From Haliotis rufescens (Eukaryota), in the NCBI RefSeq assembly GCF_023055435.1, contig NW_025963791.1:36952001-37016000 (forward strand): a DNA stretch of 64,000 nt, read 5' to 3'. Under the pieces are notes generated by a model. The model had not been told where the DNA came from and made no database searches. It worked only from the letters and a program-made list of their open reading frames with translations. A program made the position numbers and the translations under genes. Positions 37,801-51,200 of this stretch are shown here, piece by piece. The stretch's first letter is position 1, and every line of letters begins with the position of its first letter.

Positions 37801-40800
37801 CAGAAACCTATGATTGTGGGTTCGAATCCAGGTTCACCCCGGTTATGTTTCTAGGTTTGTCAGCACCATACCCGTGCTCGTGGGTTTCACCAAAGTGGTA
37901 AACATCTGAGACCTGCATCACTTCAGGCTTTCCTCCCACATTAAGCTGACATGCCGCGATATGACTGGAATACTGTTAAAAGCGGCGTTAAACCCAACTC
38001 AATCACTCACTCACTCTTGAAAGTGAAATTAAGCCTCATTTCACAACCTCACCTCACTTCATATTCAAAATTAGACAAACTGACTCTTTAAGTTATCTTG
38101 CTTTGTGAATTACACCATTGACCTTGATAAATACAATTCAAAATCCATCTTTGTTCAACCATTTATTGATTTGTATGCTGTGTCATGTTCTTTGATGTTT
38201 GAATTACAAAGTAAACATCTGCCATAGAATGCTTTTAGAGGATTGTCAGACTGAACAAATATGGATAAAAAATCAAAATCTCAAAAAAAAAGTATCACTG
38301 TCCGACAATAAGTAGGGGTTGATATGCGAGAATGTTGCTACCAGATTTGTCGTTATGGTTGCAGATAGTCACAATGTTTCTTTAGTTGCCATTCATAAGA
38401 GATGGGGATATTTGTAACCTCGAATACATTGTACAATGAAATGCAATTGGAATATGCTGAAAGCTGTTATTAGGCTGTTTTCGGTATACATGTATCAAAT
38501 ACAATAAGCTGGTATTACACAGTGTTTAATACCAAAGCATGTGCTTATAAACTGCAGGAACTAGTTTCACGAACAAATAATTTATATTGAAAACTCCCAC
38601 TATCCCTGGGCATATTCACGACATTGCGTGTAGAGATGATAGATCACTGAGAGGAGGTTATGCACGCTCAAAGACCCCAGCAACCTTGTTGCTAGGATGA
38701 CTTCACATGGCATTGTTTGGCCAGTGTATTTTGCAAAATAAATTCACAAATTATGTCAGGGATTTGTGACATTTTTGTTAACTTTGTGGCGCAGAGCCTG
38801 TTCCACAGAGTGATTATAGTGCAACAACAGTCGTAAGTCTATGTTACGGTATGGAAGTTACGATCAACTTAGTGCTTCGATAGCTTTGAGGAATGGACCC
38901 CTGAAAATTGCTGTTATATGGTATTACACTAATATGTGTGAACTTTTAAAGCGCTTGAAGTATTATTCTGTTAAACTCAGTTGGATTATGCTGAGGACTG
39001 CGTAAAAGTCTGCCTATTTACAAACAACAGTGACATTTAATTTTTTTATAAAAGGAAAGTAAAAATGACACACTAAACTCGCTCCTTTGTAATCCTCCTG
39101 GGCCCCGTTCCACAAAGTGATCTTAGCGCTAAGTCGATCGTAACTCCCATTCTTTATCACTGACTTACGACAATCGTAGCGCTAAGATCGCTTTGTGGAA
39201 CGGGGCCCTGGTAATACCAATTTTATGAAACGTGTGAATAGGTCTGGCATCGGACTCACTTCGCACATCAGATACAAGAACAATTCACTCGTTTCATAAA
39301 ATTGGTATTAAACACATGGTCGTTCATATAAAATTCTCAGTTGTCTTGATTAAGCAAGTGTGATTTATCATTTTTACAGGTTATCATTTTTAGTAGGGCT
39401 GCAACGATACACCTAGGTCACAATACGATACGTATCTCGATACTTACATCACGATTCGATACGTAACTCGATACGCTACGATACACAAAGTGACAAGAGA
39501 AGAAAAGAGATAAATGAATTAAACTTAGTTTATTAAAATGAAAAATTGAATGAAAGTGAATGAATGTTCATGAGTCATAAAATATATACTGTAATGAGTA
39601 ATTTAACTTAATGAATCATCTGCCATTTCCATGTAATGGCTAGCAAACACAAAAGTAACAGTCCTACATATTTGTGAGTTGTGACTAGATAGTAGATTCT
39701 AGGAGTAAATACTAAATGTACCAGTGTCCAGTAACTAATGATTTGCCATTTTCATGTATAAAGGCAAAAAAACAATTAAAAACAATTGTAGCAACAGCCA
39801 TGTTATACACCATTTGAAAGGTCTAATCTTGGTGTTTATAAATATGAAAGTTATGTTTATAACATTATTTAAATAATGCATTGACAACTCAATTAAGTTC
39901 GTTGTAAATATACAAAATGTAAGCTAACACATTCATAACGTCCAGATTAAGGACCAAGGAAGCGAAAATTTGACGATTTCGGGCAAATATAAGATTTCAA
40001 AAGATCTAGATCTACTTATTTCTTTTTTATTTTTCATTTATGTAATTGGAAAATTATTTTAAAAAGAATTATGAATAGTATCTGATTTCCCCAAATTTCC
40101 AGATAACAGCGGCTGTCTGCTAAGTAACATGAAGAAATACCTCCGTTTTCGAAAGATTCGTATGAATAACACGTTCGTCGAAGACTGACATATGACACAT
40201 CGCTAGAAAGCTTGTTTTCATCTACACGCTCGTAACATTGCCTGGAGTCTTTTCGTAGGTATAACATCAGGTTTCATTGGATAAAAAATGGTTCCTAATG
40301 ACGCTTTCTTGCCGAAATCTGCTACAAGGTTCATGGTTGGTCAAATTTGAGCACGTGACCTGAGGCAGGCAATAAAATTACAAATCCTCGCGTACGATGA
40401 ATTTCAGATTTTTATGAAATATTTTGGTTAAATCGTGTTATTCTGAACGTTTAAGCAGGAAATCGCGATCTATATTAAAAATATGGAGCTTCGTGGATGT
40501 ATCATACTAGGTTACAAGCTGTGACAAAGATTATTCATGCATATATTTTGGCATTGAACATCGTGTCCCAGCAGAGAATTTGAGGCGCCGAAAGCCGAGA
40601 TGTCATTTGACTAGCATTGCACGCGATCGCATGAAAAGATGGAAATAATAACTTAGCTGTAAGTTTTAGATTTATTTTTGTTGATTTTATTTATCACTTT
40701 GTATAATATATTTAAAGATTTGTTTGAAACGTCTTTGTTTTGCTCTTTGACATGTTCGATGTGCACCCGTTGTCGAAGAGTGCGTCCGAGAATTATACTT

Positions 40801-42820
40801 TCAAAAACATTGCGGGAAATAGTGAATAACTTTTTAATCTATCGATAAAAAATGATAAATTGAAATAGAATTCGTATTTCAGACATTGTAAGATGTGATA
40901 GATTTAATAAATGAATGGTATGACAGGTAGGTCCATAAAAATATATATTATTTTGACGTGACTAAGGCTTGGCCGGTGCCTGAGGACTCGGTGCCTACGG
41001 TGTTGAAAGAGTTTAAACACATTTAAAACGTATCTGTGATAAAAGTTTATGTACAAAAACAAAGACGTACGTATATACGTCTTTGAAAAAAACGTATCGT
41101 GAAAAATCGAGATACAGCATCTCACAAATCGCACACCGTATCGTATGGAGTGAATCGCGATGCATCGGTGTCCCGGAATATCGTTTCAGCCCTAATTTTT
41201 AGCCTCTCCTTGTCTACATTGTCATACTGAATATTGAATTCACTTTAATCACAGCACTAACGTTCTCTTTGGTTTAAAAGTAAAAGTAGGCGATAAAAAT
41301 GAATTTTGTAATATTTATTTCTCTGGTGAATACTGATGGTTTATGAATCTTCCTTCCAGCCTCAACACAACCCCAGCAAGCAGTGGGCGGTCCTCCCCCA
41401 CGATCGAATCACACAGCACCCTGTCAGCATCACATGGAGGGTGGACGACTGGCAACACCACCGAGAGGAGCAGCCTTGACTCCTCCTACTCTTGGGATGT
41501 GAGTACCCAGTCCTTGTCATACCTGGTCCTTGTCATACCTGGTCCTTGTCATACCCAGTCCTTGTCATACCCAGTCCTTGTCATACTGGGTCCCCATCAT
41601 ATCCTGTCACTGTCATACCCGGTTCTTGTCATACCCGGTCCTTGTCATACCCGGTCCTTGTCATACCAAGTCTTTGTCATACTGGGTCTCCATCATATCC
41701 TGTCACTGTCATACCTGGTCCTGGTCCTAAAACCATACTCACTCACTCATATCCTGTCTTTGTCATACCTGGTCTCCGTCATACCCGTTCCCCATCATAG
41801 CTGATGGAACGAAATGAATTCCAATCCTATTGTGCCATTGATGTTCATCATTCAAGTTATGTCTTCTTCAGGAGTTTGACCGCCAGGCAGCAAAGACAGT
41901 GAACCAGCTGTTTGATGAGATTGAGCGGTTCTTGTTCGAAGGCAGCAGTGAGAACCCGTCCAGTATATTCAAGGAATGCAAGGATTGGAGCACACACTTT
42001 CCTCATCTCAGGTAGGTGCAGGGTTGTAGCTTTAACTGCCATAATCATTAAGTCCTTCAGACTTTTCTTGTGAGTGAGTGAGTGAGTGAGTTGGGTTTAA
42101 CACCGCTTTTAACAATATTCCAGTTATATTGCGGCATGTCAGCTTAATGTGGGAGGAAAGCCCGAAGTGATGCAGTGATGCAGACATTGACCACTTCGGT
42201 GAAACCCACGAGCACGGGTATGGTGCTGACAAACCTAGAAACATAATCGGGGCGAACCTGGATTTGAACCCACAATCATAGGTTTCTGGTGTGCCCAAGA
42301 TATGCAACTCTGCACAGCGAATCACGGCGCCTTAGACGACTGGGCCACCCGTGCCCCCTCCTTTTCTTGTGAATTAGACTATTTGGAACCTTGCATGAAA
42401 CTATGATTATTTGTGTACTTTGCTATTTATTTTAAGTATTATTAATTTAAAAAGGTGGATAGGACAGATGTTACGGTTACCAAATTAGGTGATGGATTGA
42501 ATGGACAGCATGGTAGATAAACACCTGTGTATTGATCTGTACTTCATCTGTGTATTGATGGCCTCTGTGGTCTAATGGATAGAGCAAATACCGGGAGAGT
42601 GGAAGGTTGGTGGTTCGATCCTCATTCGCGGCTTACCAAAAGCCATTGAATGATGTTACTTGTTGTTACCCTGTCTGGCGCTCTACATTAAGGGGATAAA
42701 ACAAGGACTGTCAGGGTTGGAGTCAGTATACTGGTTCTGAGTGAGATATTCATCTTAAACTGCTGCATGGTATCTCAGTGGGCTAGCACTATAAAACCAG
42801 CACTAGTCTGGACTAGTACA

Positions 42821-42860
<40 letters not shown>

Positions 42861-45800
42861 TGTCACTATGTAAACGTGAAGTTAGGTCCCATGTTCACCT
42901 CCCTTCACCTGTGTGTTGCAGGGTTTTGGGCACCCAGAAGGTGGAGCCCCAGGATGAGGGTTTTCAGGAGATCCCCCAGGACAGTCCTCGACTCTCCTCA
43001 CCAGGGCTGCTCCTTGACGTCACAGACAACGACATCTCCATATCAGCTGATTCTCAGGGGTAGGTTGGCTTTGATCATCCATTATCACCCCATCATCCAC
43101 CCATCATCCACCCATCATCCACCCATCATCCACCCATCATCACTCCATCATCAACCCATCATCAACCCATCATCACGCAGTCATCCCCATCATCACCCCA
43201 TCATCACCCCATTATCACCCCATCATCAACCCATCATACCCCATCATCAACCCATAATCACCCCATCATCACCCCATAATCACCCCATCATCCCCCATCA
43301 TCACCCCATAATCACCCCATCATCACCCCATAATCACCCCATCATCACCCATCATCACCCCATCATCCCCCCATAATCACCTCATCATCACCCCATCATC
43401 ACCCCATCATCCCCCCATCATCGCCCCATCATCACCCCATCATCCCCCATCATCACCCCATAATCACCCCAAAATCACCCCATCATCCCCCATCATCACC
43501 TGGTCAAGCTCTGTGACTTGGCTATTGCATGGTATTGTATCCAGACAGCATGGATAGTTGATCGTAATATCAATGACTGGATTGTCTGGTCCAGACTCAA
43601 TTTTACAAGTCATTGTCATATAGCTGGAATATTGCGGACTGCAGCATTAAAAAATATTAATTAAATTAAATGTGTCCCATTTGAGCGAGAGTTAGAGGCA
43701 GGCATAATTATCTCCAAGGGATGTCAAATTTACTTTTTCTTCTTGTTTTAATTTGTTTTTGTATAGCTGATCAAATTTGAGTACAAAGTAAAAAATAAAA
43801 AAAATATTGAATATCTATTTGTTGGTGGCGAGGCATTGAGAAACAAGCTCTTGCTGTCAATTAAGTAAATATTTGTATGACAGAGGGATATGTGAGAATG
43901 TCAGGAGTGTCAGAGGAATATGTTTTGCAGAAATAGAAGCAACAGACTTAAAATAATGTTTCGTTGGAAATGTATTTCTTTTGTTTTTTCTTCTAACAGT
44001 TTTTGTCGATAATATCTTGGTTAAATCTATCAGTATTCATTTGACATTAAGTTGCATATCAACAAAAAAGTGCACCAAAACAAAAGCTGGCAGTCAGTGT
44101 TTTGATGCTGTTGACATGGTCGCCATGGCAACGTGGGACATGGACGAAGATCCTGTGAGAGAGGCACGTTTCACTTGAACTACTTCTCAATTTCCATCAA
44201 TATCGGGACAATTGGCCCCTGCTGTAAACCAAGCTGATGGACAGCTGTTTGTCTGTGAACGTGAACATTTCACACCTAGTTACATAACAGATTAAAAACT
44301 GTTGGTGTTCTGTCACCATGGTGTAGTTCCTGCCATCAGTGGTTGACATTTACAGCAGGTCCATTTCTCCTCTGTTCTGTGAATTGAAAAATAAAAGTGG
44401 TGGGATTACAGTTAAGATAGTAGAGTGCTGTGAAATGTAATTGAGCTTGTACAAATTACGAGGCTAAATGGATTTTCCTGAGCAGGGGATGAAGGCTTGT
44501 TTGTGACATGGAGGTTGTTTGATATCAAGCTCGACATTAGAGCTTTGATGCTTTTAGACCCGCAATCTAGAATTGAAAAACCTCTTCCAGTTCAGTGCCA
44601 CTGATTACTAGAGTGGGGAAAAACCACCCTGGCATTGTCATACTTAACTGTAGTTAGTTCAATGGGACGCTGATGAACATGACAGTGTGGAAATAAATCT
44701 CACATTATTAAACAATTGTAGAGATTCAAACCTAAAAAAGTATAGTGACATTATAAAAGTTGCATTTCTCCTGACCTATGTGACAAAGTATATTAATCCA
44801 CACATTTGTTTCATTGGCATTTTGAAGAGATGGAATTTCACTTTGTGTATTTTTTTTGTTTGATTGTCATTTTTCTGGTCATGTCTCTTGTCTATCCATC
44901 TTTTAATGAAGTTTTAGGAGTTTAGACTTTGCATGAATTATCCCATCAATGAATTCATTGATCAGTACTTAAACATGAAACATTTGAAATTTATGTTATC
45001 CATTACGTTTTGATAAATTTCCATGTATCCCGCTCTAGCAATGTACAGTCAAGTCCCGTTAATCTGACATCGTTGGTTGCATATGATTATGTCGGATTAA
45101 CGAGTATTAGAACGAAATTAAGTAGTATCAACGTTCGTGATCGAAAATCAGACAACTACACGATGGGTAACGTTACAAACATGTAATAAAAAATGAAATA
45201 TTCATATTGTTATATTACATTGTTAGGAGTAGTATCAACGTTCGTGATCGAAAATCAGACAACTACACGATGGGTAACGTTACAAACATGTAATAAAAAA
45301 TGAAATATTCATATTGTTATATTACATTGTTAGCGGAATATGTTTTCTAATCATGCAACCTCTAAAGCGTAGCACAAAACAACTGTTACTGACTGTATGA
45401 CTTATTCAAAATAATTTAAAAAGGATAGTCTGGAATGGAAGTCGCCAGTTTGAAACTGGTACCGCAAAGCTTAATAAAGCTGCTTTCTTAGTGGCAAACG
45501 TCAACTTCCTGTTAGTCATTTCATTGTCAGTCACAGTGAATTCGTCTCGCATCAAAACACTGGCTGTCTACTCGCGGGCAGATGGCCACGGAGTATGCTG
45601 ATCACTGTGTCCGATTTACAAGACTGATTAATGAGTGATTTCGGTAATTTGTTGCAAATGAGGTATGTTAGAGTATGAGACTGTCAGATTAATAGGTCTA
45701 ATTAGCACTGATTTCCCATCATTAGTGTCGAATAAAGCCGATTGTCGGACAGCATCGGATCAACAAGACTTGATAGTATATCTGGAAAAAATATACCCCG

Positions 45801-48186
45801 CCATCATGGCAACAGACATTTTGCTGATCGCTGTCCAATCTCGGTAATCTCTCCTGGTGAAGTCATACAACATGTGTTATTTGTTGTGAATGTTTGCCCT
45901 GCTGTGTCCTTTGACCATCACATTGGCTTTTATGTGAGAAATACTACTGGATTCATGAAGCTTAACATGTAGCAAAAAACTATGTCTACAGAGACAAACC
46001 TGACCATAAGCCCCCCAATGTGGCCATATCGAAATAATTTTATCCATTACTGTGTGTGTATGTTCCTTGTTTAACACGGATATCATGGGCATTAGATAGG
46101 AAAATGAGTTTTGTAATAATGTTTGATACTGTTAGAAACTGGTAGTTATTCATTAAATATGCATCAATAAATAAGGTATTAAAATAAAATAGCATTGCAA
46201 TGTTCTAAATATTCACACTGAGCATTTTCCCAACTATATGATGTCAATCTGTAAATAATCGAGTCTAGACCAGACAATCCAGTGATAGTGACACATGATC
46301 AACCAAGTCATCGAGCATGACCACCCAATTCATTTGGTCGCCCCTTATGACCGGAATAGTTTGCTGGGGACCTGTTCCGATCCTGAATCTCCACGAGGAT
46401 CTTCCATAACTTGCTGGTCCTGAAGGCCTGAAAGTGTCAGCTTATTAATTACATTATATTGCTTCTTGTGATTCTCCATGTTTTGTGTTTAATCTCCCAC
46501 TTGATGCTGTCAAAAGTTGATTTGAAGGTTATAGATTGTGATTATGATATGTAGTACGGGGAATAAAGAGGGAACACGATTGGTGTGAGTTGTGCAGATG
46601 GATGCAGATAACCACAACACACTTGTCACGTTGTGTGTTTGACAGCATGTTGTGTTGTTGCAGGCTCAGTGTAACGGGTAGACAGATGAAGGCGATGAAG
46701 GCACCCGTGGATGCGGCAGCTATCCACACAGACCGGGACTACTCCAAGAATGAGTATGCCTATCTCTTTGAGGAAATACTGGCACAAGATGGCGTCTACG
46801 AGGAGGTCATCGCCATCGACTACAAGGATGTGTAAGTACCAATATATCCTTTGATCCTTCTCGCTGTAGCAGACAGACGAGAAAGGTGTCCGAAGATTAG
46901 GGATGTCGCAATACACGCAATATGACCAAAATGCAAATATCCAATTGGCAAAAAAATATTTCCAGATCCCTGCATTAGACACAATATTTTGTCAGATTCT
47001 GCTTTACAATTTGGACAAATGAAATAAACACTGTAGTGAGATAATACCTCCTACCCACTGTCTGACGTACAACCACCTGTCAGTCGGACATTGTAAGTGT
47101 GTTGCCTATGTTACAGCCATGAAGACTCTGAACACAAGAAGCAGATCACCCCTCGACGACGGCGGATAGGTTATCCCCCCATCACCCCCAACGCTTGTGT
47201 GAAAGATAGTGTAGCTAGTTCCGTGTTTGACTGCATGTGGAATGAGGTGAGAGGAAGTCTGTCATCCACTAATAAAAGAAATGGGGGGGAATTGATGGGG
47301 GTCACCAACATGTTTGTCCCTTTGTATGTTGCACACACAGATCAATCTTAAGATCATTGATCCAACAGAAACAATTTTCTAAGTACTTGCCCTGATAATA
47401 ATGTATTGGCAAATATTAAAAGTGAGAAATATGTCTTTATTGATATCTCTAACATGGACCAATTGCTTCAGGCAAGTCATTATTTACTGTTATCGATATA
47501 GATTGCTTGTCGTAAGAGGCAACAAACAGGATCGGCTAGTTCAGTCTAGCTGACTTGGTTGATGATCGATGCTGTCAATTACTAGATTGTCTGGTCCAGA
47601 CTTCATTATCTACACCCCCTGCATATAACTGGAATATTGCTGAGTGCTGCATTAAACAACAAACAAACAATACTAACTGTGTCATTATAAGGCGTTGGTT
47701 TTTGTTTGTAGGACGTACAGTACTTGACCATGTGTGTATTGTTTCAGATCATCTCCTGGATGAGGCCAATTATAAAGGAATATACCATTCTAATAGGTAG
47801 GGTTAAATGTTAACATTCTTTTTAAAGGGAATGTTTGTTCAAGACATCTTGATTCAATTCCTTGATATGCATTTAGGACCAGTGAAGATACAGGGTCGAA
47901 TAGGTCTTCAGCAACCCATGCTTGCCATAAAAGGTGACTATGCTTGTCGTACGAGGTGACTAACGGAATCGGTGGTCAGGCTTGCTGACTTTGTTGATGC
48001 ATGTCATTGTATTCCAATTGTGTGTATCACTGCTCATGATGTCAATCACTGGATTGTCTGGTCCAGACTCGATTATTTACAGACCGCCGTCATAGAGCTG
48101 GAATATCGTTGAGTGCGGCGTTATACAACAAAGAAAGAAAGAAGATAGGCATTTGGAAGTTGCAAGTACATGAGGACATATCAACA

Positions 48187-48258
<72 letters not shown>

Positions 48259-51200
48259 AAAGAAGTCATTTTCATGTTTTCATCATGATTGACGTGCCAG
48301 TTTTACTCAGTGTAATCATTCAGCTGATGTTTGGAAGTGAGAATTATTGTACTATGTATTATGATAGTAATGGGGCTTGTTTTCCAGAATCCAAACAAGA
48401 TCTAGTGCCTTCATCAGGGTTCCATGTGTCGCCCATCGGCCTCCATGACCCAGGACGCACAACCAGGGAGTCGTCCTACATGGGCTTGATGCAACCCAGA
48501 GTGAGTACACCTCCACAGGCCATTGGATAGACTTACATCATAGTGTCCAGTCATGACACACCACAGGAAGAGATGGGATTAAATTTATTAGAATTTCAAA
48601 TACTAACTTTTGAAATATGTGTAATTTTCACACAATGTAATCCCCACTTAGCTGCCTTCATATAATGGGAGATAACCCTGTCGGACACCATACATTGGGG
48701 TTTATGCATAAATTACACTGAGCTTGATTGATGGGTAGCAACCTGTCACAACCAGGTCAGATACTGTCACATGACTGTCACATGATTGTCACATGATTAG
48801 ACTTTTTTCATATACACCTATAGGGTTCAATAGTCATATAATAGATGATTACATAGGAATAGGGAGCACTGTCGGAGTTTGTTGGATAGTGTCAGGCCAG
48901 TTTGTTCTCACAGTCTTATATTTTCTACCAACACAAAATTATTGTTCTCAAGCCTTATCACTGGGGTATCAAAAGAGTTTATCCAATTTCTCTAGTTATT
49001 ATGCATTCAGTGTGACAAATGATTATATAAATGGAAGTTTTCTGGAGAAAAAGACTATCTTTTGAACATACTTCAAAATAATGCTATCTTTCATTCATCT
49101 AAAGACAGTGAATTTTGAACATCAACTGTTACTATGACTACAATATGTAGGACTGGCTATTGCTATAGATCATGGAGATCGATCAGGTATCAATAAATAT
49201 TGAAGAAGTAACTTTAAGCATGTGAGATATAACATTTACTTTTCGTCTTCGACAATTGTCGTGATTGACAAAAACAAGTCTGTTTCTGTACATTTAAAAA
49301 AAAATTCATCACCATAGTTCAAGTAAGTTATTATTGATGACAGCTATGACATATCGACAGACCCATGATCCAGGGTAGAATAGGTCTTTGGCAACCCATG
49401 CTTGCCGTAAAAGGCAACTATGCTTGTCGTAAGAGGCGACTAACAGGATTAGGTGGTCAGGCTGGCTGACTTTGTTGATGCATGTCATTCTATCCCAATG
49501 ACGTAGATCGATGCTCATGATGTCAATCACTGGTTTGTCTGTTCCAGACTCGATTATTTACAGACCACCGTCATATAGGTGGAATATTGCTGAGTGCGGC
49601 TGTAAACAATAAACAAACAAATGAATCGACAATCGTTAATATTTTTTCCCATTGACAATCATTCCGATTATCGATCCTTTCGGCCAGCCCTAACAAGATG
49701 TTAAAATAGGCAATGGCAACAGTACTCATGTGTCAATGTTTCCTTGTAGCCATTCCAGGCCCTGACACTACAGCGGGCCCACACTCACATCGGCACGACA
49801 GACCCGCAGAAATCCATCGATGGTTGTCTCCAGATCTCCAGGGTTACTCTCAAAAACAAGAATGCACCGTAAGATTTTTGCCAGTGTTGAACAATTTTAT
49901 GTTGTCTTTACAGTCCTGAATTGTGTTGGTTCTGTAATCACGATTAGGCCGCCATTACAGGGACTTACCTGGGTCTATGTATTTTTGAGTCCAGACTCTC
50001 AGTAATACTATCATATTGGGTGGTGGTGGTGGGGGTGGGGGTGGGGGTGGGGGTGGGGGTGGGGTGCTTGGCATGAATATAGGGGTCCAGGCAGACAACC
50101 TGTGGCACACTTCACTTTAGTTCCAAGAATTATGTTAATGTCATATCATTTCTCATGTTTAAAAGCCTTAAGTGGTGATGTCAATGTTACACTGAATAAA
50201 GTCACCCATGGACACATTTAAAAACTCGCGATATTTTCTTTTTGAGGTAAATAAACTACTGAAAGTTTTAATATTGAGCAAGCTGAGCATTTATGCATGT
50301 CATACGTAATTTTAATGTTATGCAAGCCTTCTTGGTAAATAGATATGGCGAGTTTTGTGGGTGTCCTCATGCTATTCGCAACACGGCTAGTGACAAAGTC
50401 TGTCGAACTGGTTCGACAGTAGTGTTGAGAGCTTTAAGGACCAGAATAGAACTGTCCTTCTATGGAACATGCAGTCCACAGTTTTGATAAATCATTAAGA
50501 TTGCAGAGCTCCAGATAAGCTTTTGGTGTTGTGGGTATTTTACCCATGCATTTTAAAATCACTGCGTATCAGCTATTCTATCTGGGTATTCAAATTTATG
50601 TTACCCACTAGTTTTTACACATGTGGATATTAAGTTAAATATTTAAAAACACTATTCATCTAGTCCCTGCAAACTGGTGTTGTCTGGGTTCGAGAGCTTT
50701 ATAGGACTCAAAAATACCACGATACTTCCACAAGAAAGTTTGATGGCAAATGATCATGATGTAACTGTCATCGTGGAGTTTGGCAAGGTTGACGGAATGC
50801 CCATTTATAATTTCAAAATAAGTTGCTGATTTGCCAATCGAATACGCAGGGTTACTTCACAATATTTTGATGATTTAAGTTTTATTTTTGTAGCGTATCT
50901 GTAATGTTCGTTGCGTATTTCATACGCTTGGCTTTTATTTTACTGCGTATTTCTGCATTTCTGATGCGTATTTTACGCAGATACGCAGCTTATCTGGATC
51001 TCTGGATTGAAACAGACGTACTTTATTTGTGTCCCACAGGAGATAATAGAGATTATTGCATCAATTTGTATTCGTATTCGCAATATTTTGCTTCTGATTA
51101 AAGCCTGTCATTGCCAGCAATAGAAGATTCTCGATGTTATTTGATAGCTTGATAGTTAGTGACAGTTGTATTCATATTAGGAGTTTCAGGCATGTGAGGA

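Noticed and set aside
42876-43376. 166-aa His/Pro-rich ORF
   Set aside because: It is an off-frame overlap of exon 5 plus the simple repeat.
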